DNA from: Vicinamibacteria bacterium
GTDB taxonomy: Bacteria; Acidobacteriota; Vicinamibacteria; Fen-336
Assembly: GCA_035286745.1 (NCBI GenBank)
Contig: DATECU010000271.1
Span: 1 to 48,040 of the forward strand
Direction: 5' to 3'
Length of the DNA: 48,040 bases
Positions 1-9,065 of this stretch are shown piece by piece; within the stretch, counting starts at the first letter, position 1; every line of letters starts with the position of its first letter. The notes under the pieces were generated by a model. That model was not told where the DNA came from and did no database searches. It saw only the letters and a program-made list of their open reading frames with translations. A program made the position numbers and the translations under genes.

Positions 1-18
1 TCGTCGGTCCCGCTCCAT

Positions 19-114
19 TCAGGCGGTCACCGCACGCGTGAAGCCCTCATCCGGCAGCGGAGCGTCAGTCATCTGGCGCGTCAGATAGGCGTCGAAGTCC
101 GTGCCCGGCTTCAT
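19..114 (-). CDS. Short ORF (31 aa) translationally coupled to the ECF sigma gene; anti-sigma-like N-terminus that stops prematurely (possibly truncated or frameshifted)
   Basis: The ATG at 114-112 overlaps the sigma stop (ATGA). Translation is MKPGTDFDAYLTRQMTDAPLPDEGFTRAVTA*. It sits where anti-sigma genes normally lie. A neighbouring frame continues RLNGAGPT to the window edge. Confidence 0.25.
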   Translation of the reverse strand: MKPGTDFDAYLTRQMTDAPLPDEGFTRAVTA

Positions 115-674
115 GGGGCGACCGCGCGCTTGCCGAGTCCGTGTGCCTCTTGAAGCCTGAGGCGCCCTCTTCGGATGAGCGACTTCACTGTCCCCAAGGG
201 CAGTTCCAGGGCCTCGGCGACCTCAGGGTGGGTGAGCTCGTGTTGGTAGTGCAGTACCAGCGCGGCCCGTTCATCGGCGCGAAGCATGCCCATCAACTGA
301 TCGAACGTCCGACCGTCCGCCAGCCGCTGGCTTGCGTCCCCCCGCGCGGGAACGTCATCTGGCAAGGGCACCTGCGCCACACCACGCCGCCGGCGTTGCT
401 CAGTGACGAACAACTGGTAGGCGATTCGAAACAGCCAGCTCAGGAAGCGCCCTCGGGCCTGAAAGCCGCCGATATTGCGGTACGCCTTCAAGAACGTGTC
501 TTGGGCAAGGTCATCGGCGCGGCTCCAGTCGGCTCCGGTGAGGCGGCGCAAGAACCGTCGCACCGCGGATTGATGGAGGCGCACGAGTTCGGCGAACGCC
601 TCATGGTCGTCATGCGCAACCACCCGAGCGATCCACATGGATTCCAGCCGGTCCTGATCAGCGCGGTCGGCCAT
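111..674 (-). CDS. ECF-type RNA polymerase sigma-70 family factor
   Basis: 187 aa. Region 2 motif DLAQDTFLKAYRNIGGF and region 4 HTH LTHPEVAEALELPLGTVKSLIRRGRLRL. Confidence 0.9.
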   Translation of the reverse strand: MADRADQDRLESMWIARVVAHDDHEAFAELVRLHQSAVRRFLRRLTGADWSRADDLAQDTFLKAYRNIGGFQARGRFLSWLFRIAYQLFVTEQRRRRGVAQVPLPDDVPARGDASQRLADGRTFDQLMGMLRADERAALVLHYQHELTHPEVAEALELPLGTVKSLIRRGRLRLQEAHGLGKRAVAP

Positions 675-996
675 CCAGGACCCTGAACAGCACGTACACC
701 AAGCCGATCGTCACCGGAAAGACCCCGAGGATCCACGCGCGCCCCCCGATAAGGAACGTCACCGTCGACCAGGACAGCCCGATACCGATCAAGAGGAGAC
801 CTCGCCGCAGGTCCCTGGCGCCACGCTCGGCAAGTCCGGCCGATCGGACCAGCTCGTCACCCGATATGCCCCGATCGACGAGTCTCTGGAGCGTCCTCTG
901 CTGCTCGATCCGAAGGCGTCCGAAGACGAAGATCGCCACCGACAGGATCAGTGACAAGCCAAGGATGCCTGCGCAAACGACAAGGGGCTGGTGCAT
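658..996 (-). CDS. Small integral membrane protein co-transcribed upstream of the ECF sigma
   Basis: Internal ATG (MHQPLVV...) is preceded by GGAGAC. Three hydrophobic segments. Its 3' end overlaps the sigma start by 17 nt. Confidence 0.55.
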   Translation of the reverse strand: MHQPLVVCAGILGLSLILSVAIFVFGRLRIEQQRTLQRLVDRGISGDELVRSAGLAERGARDLRRGLLLIGIGLSWSTVTFLIGGRAWILGVFPVTIGLVYVLFRVLDGRPR

Positions 997-1188
997 GGTC
1001 GTCTCCAGAGGGAGGCTCGCGGCTCCCAGGGCCTGGGATTCGCCGGGCGTCACCAGTCCAACCCCGAGCAGCGTCGAACCAGCACGCGCAGGCACATCCC
1101 GATCCTCCCGCGGGGATCGCGGCGCGCGATCCCCTCCCTAGACAGAACGCAACAGGAGCCTCGATGGATTCCCTCGCGACAGAATCGT

Positions 1189-1839
1189 TCACGTCGCAGG
1201 AGTGGCACCCAGGACCTGCACCAGCTGCCTCATCGACTCCACCAGCGCATCCGCGCCTGCCGCCACCAGCTCCTCTCTGCTTCCGTAGCCCCACAGCACG
1301 CCGACAGCTGGAAGGCCGTTGGCGTGAGCCGCCTCGACGTCATGCCTCCGATCACCGATCATGCACGGCCGCCCCTGGAACCCCTCGGCAGCCAGAACCT
1401 GTCGGAGGAGTCTGCCCTTGTCAGCATTCACGCCGGACAGCTCCGAGCCATAGACCGCAACGAAGGCATCACGCAGATCGAAGTGGACGAGGATCCTCCG
1501 CGCGTACACTTGGGGCTTCGAGGTCACCACCCACAGCTCGTGCCCAGCCATGCGTAGCTGCCGAAGGCCGTCGACAACCCCCGGATACACGGCGTTCTCG
1601 AACATCCCCACCGCCTCGAAGCGCTCTCGATAGAGGGCAATCGCTTGATCGAGCAGTTCAGGATCCCCACTGCCGAGCAGCTCGGCGAAGGTGCCCCGCA
1701 GCGGGGGGCCCACACACCAACCGAGGTCTGAAGCTGCGGGAACGGGTTTTCCGAGGGCAGCCAGCGCATACCGTAGGCATCGCGTGATGCCGGATCCCGG
1801 ATCGGTCAGAGTGCCGTCGAGGTCGAAGAGAAGCTTCAC
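1189..1839 (-). CDS. HAD-superfamily hydrolase (phosphoglycolate phosphatase / 5'-nucleotidase-like)
   Basis: GTG start. HAD motif I FDLDGTLTD, motif II VVTSK, and GDRRHD near the C-terminus. Confidence 0.85.
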   Translation of the reverse strand: MKLLFDLDGTLTDPGSGITRCLRYALAALGKPVPAASDLGWCVGPPLRGTFAELLGSGDPELLDQAIALYRERFEAVGMFENAVYPGVVDGLRQLRMAGHELWVVTSKPQVYARRILVHFDLRDAFVAVYGSELSGVNADKGRLLRQVLAAEGFQGRPCMIGDRRHDVEAAHANGLPAVGVLWGYGSREELVAAGADALVESMRQLVQVLGATPAT

Positions 1840-1942
1840 GCGCGGCTCACGCGTCCACAGGTCCGCCCGACACCGGCGCTAGGCTGCAGCGCCCCCCTTG
1901 GCCAACGCGCGGCCGGCTTCAGCATCGGTGCATGGATCCTGC

Positions 1943-3256
1943 TCAGAAGGCCACCTGCGACTGGAGCAGAAGCGCGTTCTCCGGCTGGCGATTGCCGACT
2001 GCGGCGGCGCCGCCGGAAAAGGTCGTGCGTTCGAAGTGGGCGCTGTACTTGAGGTGACGGTTGAGGTGCCAGTTGAGGTCGACACCCCAGGCCCGGGCCG
2101 TCTGCGCCGAGCGGGCGGGGTCGGCCAGCCCAGCCGCGAAGGCATCGGCGTCGATGTCGAAGCCGTTGACGCGCACCGCCGCCTCGATTGCGCCGAGACC
2201 CTTGCCGGGCTCGAAAGGCCGTCTGGGCTTGACGTTGCCGAAGCCCGCGTCCTCGCCGGTGAGCAGGATGGCCAGCGCCGCCTGCCACGCTCTATGCGTC
2301 AAGCGCACCGGCGGGGTGGTCGCGTTCTTCCGTGCTTCCTGGGACGATTGCACCCACTCCCCGAACACCCCCACCGGCCCCATGGTCCAAGAGGCCTGCG
2401 GTGAGACGCGGGTCCGCGTGCCGGCGGCGGCGACGCCGGCTGCATAACTGAAGAAGGTGAGCTGTCCCCCGCTCTTGTACGAGGGAAGCGCGCCCTCGTG
2501 CTTGCCGTGAGTGACCGCGAACCCGAACCCCAGGTTGCGGACGCTCTTGCCCAGCCGGCGCCCAAACGGTCGCAGCCAGATTCGGCCCGCCAGGTCCTTG
2601 CCGTCGCCGGTGTCGCTGTCGGCGCTGCCGCCGTCGGCCACCCCGTTGAAGACACCGGCCGCGTAGGCGACGGTGCCGCCCGCCCCCTCGCCGTGAACCT
2701 GAACGCCCAGGTCACGGTTGGGCGCGAGCCCGGTGGGCAACCCCCGCTCGATGAACCAGAGCGCGGAGCCCGACTGCAAGCGCTCGAACCCGAAAGGCGC
2801 CTTGAACTTGCCCGCGCGCAAGCGGAGAGCGGGGCTGAACCGCGCGTCGAGGTAGCCGTCAAGGAGCGCGGCCTGACCTAGACCGAAATCGGGGTCCAGA
2901 TAGAAGTCGAATCGGTTCGCCACCGTCCCCTGGAAGATCGGTCGCGCGCGCCGCAGCAGGAAGCTGTCGGTCGTGGCCTGAGCCTGGTCGCCGAGATAGA
3001 AGCGCGCGTTGAGCTGGACATAGCCGGCCACCCGCAAGCGGTAGGCGCCATGCTCGGATTGGATGACGAACCCGTCCTGGCCCGGGCTGGCCGGCTTGTC
3101 CTGAGCTCGCAGGGCCGACGCCGGGCCCCAGCTCAGCAGGGCGAAAGCCCACCAGGCCAAGCGCCTCGCAGTTCCTTCCCTCGGGCGGGAGCGGCTGCTC
3201 GGTGGTTTGGCTTCCAGGCACGACGCCATCACTCCTCCTCGGCCGCTGAGCGTCAC
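1943..3256 (-). CDS. Phosphate-selective porin O/P family outer-membrane protein (copy 1)
   Basis: Signal peptide ...WGPASALRAQD. Family motif LLRRARPIFQG...GKFKAPFGFERLQS. C-terminal aromatic residue (...QSQVAF). The start may be the later Met at 3229. Confidence 0.8.
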   Translation of the reverse strand: MTLSGRGGVMASCLEAKPPSSRSRPREGTARRLAWWAFALLSWGPASALRAQDKPASPGQDGFVIQSEHGAYRLRVAGYVQLNARFYLGDQAQATTDSFLLRRARPIFQGTVANRFDFYLDPDFGLGQAALLDGYLDARFSPALRLRAGKFKAPFGFERLQSGSALWFIERGLPTGLAPNRDLGVQVHGEGAGGTVAYAAGVFNGVADGGSADSDTGDGKDLAGRIWLRPFGRRLGKSVRNLGFGFAVTHGKHEGALPSYKSGGQLTFFSYAAGVAAAGTRTRVSPQASWTMGPVGVFGEWVQSSQEARKNATTPPVRLTHRAWQAALAILLTGEDAGFGNVKPRRPFEPGKGLGAIEAAVRVNGFDIDADAFAAGLADPARSAQTARAWGVDLNWHLNRHLKYSAHFERTTFSGGAAAVGNRQPENALLLQSQVAF

Positions 3257-3258
3257 CG

Positions 3259-3708
3259 TCAGAAGCCCTTACGGCTGTCCAGCAAGATGGTGACCGGGCC
3301 TTGGTTCACCAGGGCCACCTCCATCATGGCCCGGAAGACGCCCTCCTCCACACGCAGTCCCGACTCCTGGACCTTGGCAACGAAGCGGCCGTACAGGCGG
3401 CTCGCTTCCTCGGGCGGGGCTGCCTCACCGTAGCTGGGCCGGCGACCCTTTCTGGCATCGCCCAGGAGCGTGAACTGGGAGACCACCAGCACGCCGCCGC
3501 CGGTGTCGAGGACGGAGCGGTTCATCAGTTCAGCCTGGTCCGGGAAGATGCGGAGGTTGACCACCTTGTCCGCCAGCAGGTCGGCGTCGGCCTCGCCGTC
3601 GCCGCGCGCCACGCCAAGCAGGACCAGCAGGCCGGGGCCGATCTGGCTCACCACCCGGCCCTCGACCGAGACCGACGCCTGCGAGACCCGCTGCACGACC
3701 GCGCGCAT
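3259..3708 (-). CDS. dtd: D-aminoacyl-tRNA deacylase
   Basis: 149 aa. [15 protein letters not shown]...[10 protein letters not shown]...VVSQFTL...G.RPS is the typical Dtd pattern. Confidence 0.92.
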   Translation of the reverse strand: MRAVVQRVSQASVSVEGRVVSQIGPGLLVLLGVARGDGEADADLLADKVVNLRIFPDQAELMNRSVLDTGGGVLVVSQFTLLGDARKGRRPSYGEAAPPEEASRLYGRFVAKVQESGLRVEEGVFRAMMEVALVNQGPVTILLDSRKGF

Positions 3709-3733
3709 AAGGCGAAGAGGTTATCATCCCCGG

Positions 3734-5299
3734 ATGGCCCATCCCGCCCACATCGGCCGCTACCGCGTGCTCGGCGTTCTGGGGCAAGGGGCCATGGGCA
3801 TCGTCTACCGCGGCCACGACGACAGCCTGGATCGGGAGGTGGCGCTCAAGGTGATGGGCGCAGGTCGCGGTGCCGACCCCGACACGGTCGCCCGCTTCCG
3901 GCGCGAGGCCAAGGCGGTGGCCCGGCTTCAGCACCCCAACATCATCACCATCTACGAGCTGGGCGAGCACGACGGGGCCCCCTACATGGCCATGGAGCTG
4001 TTGACCGGCATGGACCTTCAGCAGGCCATCGAGGCCGGCATCCGGCCCGATCCCAAGATCACCCTGCCCATCATGCTGCACGTGCTGGCCGGTCTGGGTC
4101 ACGCCCACGAGCACGGCATCGTCCACCGCGACATCAAGCCCTCGAACATCTTCTTGCCCCGGGGCCGTCCCGCCAAGGTGACGGACTTCGGGGTGGCCCG
4201 GCTGGCCGGCTCGGTGACCTCTTCGGGCGTGGTGGGCACGCCTAACTACATGTCGCCGGAGCAGGTGAACGGAACCGGCATCGACGGCCGCAGCGACCTC
4301 TTCTCCGCCGGCCTCATCCTCTATGAGCTGGTGACCGGCGAGAAGGCCTACCGAGCCGACTCGGTGGTCTCGGTCTTCTACAAGATCGCTCACGAGGACG
4401 TGGACATGAGGCTCCTGCCTCAGGAGCCGGCCTGGGCACGCCTGCGAGGGGTGCTGGCCCGGTCCCTGGCCAAGGAGCCCGAGGCCCGGCACCTCGATGC
4501 TCGCGCCATGGCCGCCGATCTGCTGCGGGCCTTGCAGGACCTGGGTGGCTCACCCGACGCGGCCACGCCTTCGGATCGCGCGCTTCTGCGGAGCGCGCTG
4601 CCGCGGACTCCCCACCCGATGCCCAGGTCCGAGGAGGCGAGCCCGCCGGCCACGCCGCCTCGGCCCGCGACCCCGGAGCCAGCCCCCCGACCCACGCCCG
4701 GTCCAGTCCCCACCCCAGCGGTCACAACCTCCTCGCGGCGGGGGTTGCTGCTGAGTGTGGGCGGCGCTCTGGCGGCACTGGCGGCGGCAGCCGTGGCTGT
4801 TGTCGTTATGCGCACGCCTGAAGCTCGACCCTCACCCGCTCCCTCGGCCGTTCCCAGCGCTCTACCGTCGGTCGGCCCCAGTCCCACCGTATCGGCCCGG
4901 CCCGCCTCCCTCCCGCCCAAGAGCGCAACCCCCAGCCCCCTCAAGGCCTCGCCGGCCACCGCGACCTCACCGACGACCGACGCCAGCGTCGAGGGCCCCG
5001 GCGTGTCGCCGCAGAATGCGCGCCTGGAGCGCGCGAACCAGTTGTTCGAGAAAGGCCGCTACCAGGCCGCCCTGAACGAGGCCCGGGCGGTCCTGGCTCG
5101 GGAGCCCGGCAACGCCGAGGCCAAGGCGCTGCTGGAGGATGCGGAGGTGGCGATCGTGGTGGAGACGCGGCTCAGGTCGGCGCAGGCGGCCGTGAAGCGC
5201 GGCGATCGCGACGGCGCGCTGGTCGAGGTCAGGGCGGGTCTGGCCGCCAATCCCAGCGACGCCCGCCTGCTGGCGCTCTTTCGTGAGCTGACGCAGTAG
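3734..5299 (+). CDS. Ser/Thr protein kinase with Pro-rich linker, one TM helix and C-terminal TPR-like region
   Basis: LGQGAMGIVY (P-loop), VALK, HRDIKPSNIF, TDFG, GTPNYMSPE. TM helix LLLSVGGALAALAAAAVAVVVM. C-terminal YQAALNEARAVLAREPGNAEAKALL. Confidence 0.88.
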   Translation: MAHPAHIGRYRVLGVLGQGAMGIVYRGHDDSLDREVALKVMGAGRGADPDTVARFRREAKAVARLQHPNIITIYELGEHDGAPYMAMELLTGMDLQQAIEAGIRPDPKITLPIMLHVLAGLGHAHEHGIVHRDIKPSNIFLPRGRPAKVTDFGVARLAGSVTSSGVVGTPNYMSPEQVNGTGIDGRSDLFSAGLILYELVTGEKAYRADSVVSVFYKIAHEDVDMRLLPQEPAWARLRGVLARSLAKEPEARHLDARAMAADLLRALQDLGGSPDAATPSDRALLRSALPRTPHPMPRSEEASPPATPPRPATPEPAPRPTPGPVPTPAVTTSSRRGLLLSVGGALAALAAAAVAVVVMRTPEARPSPAPSAVPSALPSVGPSPTVSARPASLPPKSATPSPLKASPATATSPTTDASVEGPGVSPQNARLERANQLFEKGRYQAALNEARAVLAREPGNAEAKALLEDAEVAIVVETRLRSAQAAVKRGDRDGALVEVRAGLAANPSDARLLALFRELTQ

Positions 5300-5387
5300 C
5301 TCGACTCCCGCGGGCGCGCCTTTTGGGCTACGATCCAGGTTTCCCCCCGGAAACAGCCGGGCCTGAGGTCGAAGGAGGATTTGGACG

Positions 5388-5654
5388 ATGACTTACGTGA
5401 TCGCGGAGCCGTGCATCGACACCAAGGACACGGCTTGTGTGGAGGTCTGCCCGGTCGACTGCATTCACCCCAAGAAGGACGAGGCCGACTTCGCCACCGA
5501 GAACAAGCTCTACATCGACCCCGAGACCTGTATCGACTGCGGTGCCTGCGTTCCGGTGTGCCCGGTTCAAGCGATCTTCCCGCAGGAGGAGTTGCCCGAG
5601 AAGTGGTCGCACTTCACGAAGATCGAAGCCGATTGGTACCAGAAAAAGAAGTAG
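5388..5654 (+). CDS. Ferredoxin (FdxA-like, 3Fe-4S/4Fe-4S type)
   Basis: 88 aa. Cys clusters CVEVCPVDC and [12 protein letters not shown]. Strong SD GAAGGAGG upstream. Confidence 0.9.
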   Translation: MTYVIAEPCIDTKDTACVEVCPVDCIHPKKDEADFATENKLYIDPETCIDCGACVPVCPVQAIFPQEELPEKWSHFTKIEADWYQKKK

Positions 5655-5744
5655 ACTCGGACTGAGGCGACCGAGGAAGAGTCGCCAGATGCTCGCGGTC
5701 GCGGAACGACTCGCCCCCTCCAGCGGGCTCGCTCCCCTGGAGGG

Positions 5745-6440
5745 ATGCGCATGGCCGGCGGGAGAGAGCGCCGGAAGGACAGCCGCATGGCAATGCGGCT
5801 TCCGGTCAGGGCTCAGGGCTTTGGCGAGGACGGATCGACCTGGACCGAGATGTCCACCATTGGCGATGCCTCGTCAGGTGGCGCCTGCTTCTGCCTCAAG
5901 CACCCGGTGACGTTCGGGCAGGTGCTCCTGCTCTCGCTCCCCATCCCCAAGAACTTCCGGCAGTACGACCTTTCGGAGCCGTCCTACCGCACCTACGCCC
6001 TGGTGCGGAACCTGGCTCCCTTGGGTGACACCTACCGAGTCGGGGTCCTGTTCCTGGGCAAGAACCCGCCCCGGGACTTCGAGAAGAGCCCCTCCGGCCT
6101 CTACCTCCTGCCCTCGGACCCGCCTCCCCAAAGCCGCCGCAAAGAGCGCCGGACGCTGGCCCGCTTCGAGATCTTCGTGAGCCTGCGCCTGTTCCGCGAC
6201 GGCTATGGCGGTGGCGGGGAGGAGCTGACCATCACCGAGAACATCGGCAAGAGGGGGGCCCGGGTCCCCACTTCGCTGCCGGTGGGGAAGGGCGAGGTGC
6301 TGACGCTGCACGAGGTGGGCGGCGACTTCCGCACCCGGGCCGAGGTCAAGAACATCTACCTGGGCTCCGACCAGGTGCCCCGCCTGAACCTTCACTTCCT
6401 GGAGAAGGAGGCCCCGGAACGGCTGGCACCCGCTCAGTAG
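5745..6440 (+). CDS. Tandem PilZ-domain protein (putative c-di-GMP effector)
   Basis: RERRKDSR...DASSGG (RxxxR / DxSxxG) in the N-terminal half. RRKERR...NIGKRG in the C-terminal half. Confidence 0.6.
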   Translation: MRMAGGRERRKDSRMAMRLPVRAQGFGEDGSTWTEMSTIGDASSGGACFCLKHPVTFGQVLLLSLPIPKNFRQYDLSEPSYRTYALVRNLAPLGDTYRVGVLFLGKNPPRDFEKSPSGLYLLPSDPPPQSRRKERRTLARFEIFVSLRLFRDGYGGGGEELTITENIGKRGARVPTSLPVGKGEVLTLHEVGGDFRTRAEVKNIYLGSDQVPRLNLHFLEKEAPERLAPAQ

Positions 6441-7576
6441 GCCGAGCGGCTGCCCTTATTCGTCAGGCGCCCGTGCCGGGCCAGCAGGCCCAGCACCTTG
6501 GCGGTGGGCAGTGCCTCGACCTCTCGCCCTCGGAACCCCTTCATGGGGCGACCCGCCACCAGGGCGTTGACGATGGCCTCCTCGCTGGCCCCCACCGTGG
6601 CCTCGTAGAGCGGATCCAGCAATTCGTTAGGCAACATGATCAGGCTCACCGGACCCCCGGTGTCTCCGACCCGGGGGTTGGCGGTGGAAAAGGCGAGGAA
6701 GAGGTCGCCGGAGCTGTCGCCTCCCACCCCGCCGGTGCGAGCCATGCCCAAGGCGGTCCGCCGGGCCAGGGCCTTGAGCTGGTGGGGCAGCAGAGGCGCG
6801 TCGGTGGCCACGATGCCGATGATGGAGCCGGTCTCCTTCTTGGCGGGGGCCTTCGCCGCCAGCTCCAGGCCGATGGGCAGGCCCGCGATCCGCAGTTGAT
6901 GGCGGCGGCCGAAGTTGGCCTGGACCAAAACCCCCACCGTGTAGCCCCCGTCCTCCGCCGCCAGCCGGCGGGAGGCGGTGCCGATGCCACCCTTGAAGCC
7001 GAAGGCGATCATGCCGGTGCCGCCGCCAACCCCGCCTTCGGCCAGGGCGCCGCTTTGGGCCGAGTCGAGGGCGGCGAACGCGTGCTGCTTCTTGACGTGC
7101 TGTCCGTAGATGTCGTTCAACTCGCCGTCCCAGGTCTCGGCCACCACCGGCAACGACCACACCTCCGAGCCGCCTAACCGCTCCCGCCCGTACTCGATCA
7201 CGGCATCGCGCACCACGCCTACCGAGTTGGTGTTGGTGAGCAGGATGGGTCCTTCCAGCCGCCCGCGCTCATCCAGCCAGGGGATGCCGGTCATCTCGCC
7301 GTTGCCGTTCAGGGAGAAGAAGCCGGCGAAGCACTGATCGAGCGGCTTGGCCTTGCCTCGGGGCAGAATGGCGGTGACGCCGGTGCGCACCGAGTCGCCC
7401 TCGATCAGCGTCAGGTGCCCCACCTCGACCCCGGGCACGTCGGTGATGGCGTTTTGAGGCCCGGGGCTTCCGAAGTCGAAGGGGATGCCGAGGTCGCGAG
7501 CCCGTGGCTCGGCCGCGCGAGCGGGCAGGGTCAGGGCGAGGGACAGCGTCAGGACAATGCCGAGGACGGAACGCAT
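6434..7576 (-). CDS. P1/S58 family peptidase (DmpA/BapA-like aminopeptidase), secreted
   Basis: Signal peptide ...LPARAAEP. ITDVPGVEVGH, GVTAILP and GGIGTAS are typical of the DmpA family. SD GGAGG upstream. Confidence 0.8.
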   Translation of the reverse strand: MRSVLGIVLTLSLALTLPARAAEPRARDLGIPFDFGSPGPQNAITDVPGVEVGHLTLIEGDSVRTGVTAILPRGKAKPLDQCFAGFFSLNGNGEMTGIPWLDERGRLEGPILLTNTNSVGVVRDAVIEYGRERLGGSEVWSLPVVAETWDGELNDIYGQHVKKQHAFAALDSAQSGALAEGGVGGGTGMIAFGFKGGIGTASRRLAAEDGGYTVGVLVQANFGRRHQLRIAGLPIGLELAAKAPAKKETGSIIGIVATDAPLLPHQLKALARRTALGMARTGGVGGDSSGDLFLAFSTANPRVGDTGGPVSLIMLPNELLDPLYEATVGASEEAIVNALVAGRPMKGFRGREVEALPTAKVLGLLARHGRLTNKGSRSAY

Positions 7577-7724
7577 GGACCACCTCCGCCCGGGAGCCTA
7601 GCACCATCGCGAAGGGGGTATGCGCGGCCCCGCGTCGGAGCGGCGATCGGAAGCGCTTGGGGGCTGCGCTTCGGGTCCGGGGGCTCGGGGGGGCGGTAGC
7701 CCCCCGCGTGTAGACTTCTCGCCT

Positions 7725-9056
7725 ATGTCCTGGAAGGCCGCCGCCCGCCGCGATCCCCTGAACTTCTATCGCTACCGCGCCGACGGGGGTGAGGTTCGCA
7801 TCTTCATGACCGAGCCGCTCTTCGAGGAGATGGAGGAGAGCCTGGGCCCCCAGATCCAGGCCGCGCGCCGTTTTCCCGGCGTGCTCGACGTCGCCATCAC
7901 ACCGGATGCTCACACCGGCTACGGGGTTCCGGTGGGGTGCGTCCTCGCCACCCGAGGCACCCTGGCCATGGGGCCGGTGGGCTACGACATCGGCTGTGGC
8001 ATGGCCGCCCTGCGCTCCGAGGTGTCGAGGGCGGAGGCGACACCCGACAAGGTGAGAGCCTTTTCGCAGAAGGTCATGGCGCGGGTGGGGCTGGGAGCGG
8101 GTTCCAAGGGAGAGGCGGTCAGCAAGGAGCGGTTCCAGGAGGTGGTGCGCGGCGGCGCCACCGCGCTAGGTGTGCAGCGGGGGAACGCGGAACGGGACCG
8201 CATTCCGGTGGATGACGATTGGGACATCCCCCGGGACTCCCGGGCCTGGCGGGGCCAGAACCAACTGGGCAGCCTGGGCGGCGGCAACCACTTCATCGAG
8301 CTGCAGCACGACGGTGAGCGACTGTGGGTGATGTTCCACACCGGCTCCCGCGGCTTTGGCCACGGCCTCGCCAGCTACTACTTCGAGAAGGCGCAGCAGG
8401 AGCTGGGCCTCGCCCGCGGGCAGATGGACCTTGGCTACTTCGAGCCCAGCTCGCGCAGCTGGCGTTCCTACAAGAACGCGGTGGCGGCCGGCGGCAACTT
8501 CGCCATCGTCAATCGTTTGATGATCGGCCGCCAGGTGAGCCAGGCCTTCGCCGAGACGTTCGGACGGGAGGCGCGTTTGGTGTACGAGATCAGCCACAAC
8601 CTGGCCCAGGAAGAGCACCACCCCGACCTCTTCGACTTCCCGGTCTGGATCCACCGCAAGGGCGCCACCCGGGCGCTGCCGGCGGGCCATCCGATGCTGG
8701 CCGGCACGCCGTGGGCGGAGGCCGGCCACCCGGTGCTGATCCCGGGATCGATGGGGGACTCGTCCTACGTGCTGCGGCCGTTGCCCGGCGCGGCGAGGTC
8801 GCTCTACTCGGTGAACCACGGCTGCGGCCGCCGCAAGTCACGGAGCGCGGCCCGCCGCGACATCAGTCAAGCCCAGGCCGACCGGCAGATGAAGGACCTG
8901 GGAGTCCTGGTGAACGCGGGCGGTCGGGTGCCGGTGGACGAGTCCCCAGACTGCTACAAGCCCGCGGAGGAGGTGATCCGGGCCGTGACCGACGCGGGCC
9001 TGGCCCGGGTCGAGGTGCGTCTCACGCCCATCGCCAGCATCAAGGGGAGTGACTGA
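7725..9056 (+). CDS. rtcB: RNA 3'-phosphate ligase RtcB (no rtcA or rtcR nearby)
   Basis: TPDAHTGYGVPVG, GGGNHFIELQ, HTGSRGFGH, NHGCGRRKSR. Confidence 0.9.
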   Translation: MSWKAAARRDPLNFYRYRADGGEVRIFMTEPLFEEMEESLGPQIQAARRFPGVLDVAITPDAHTGYGVPVGCVLATRGTLAMGPVGYDIGCGMAALRSEVSRAEATPDKVRAFSQKVMARVGLGAGSKGEAVSKERFQEVVRGGATALGVQRGNAERDRIPVDDDWDIPRDSRAWRGQNQLGSLGGGNHFIELQHDGERLWVMFHTGSRGFGHGLASYYFEKAQQELGLARGQMDLGYFEPSSRSWRSYKNAVAAGGNFAIVNRLMIGRQVSQAFAETFGREARLVYEISHNLAQEEHHPDLFDFPVWIHRKGATRALPAGHPMLAGTPWAEAGHPVLIPGSMGDSSYVLRPLPGAARSLYSVNHGCGRRKSRSAARRDISQAQADRQMKDLGVLVNAGGRVPVDESPDCYKPAEEVIRAVTDAGLARVEVRLTPIASIKGSD

Positions 9057-9065
9057 TCGCGGAAG

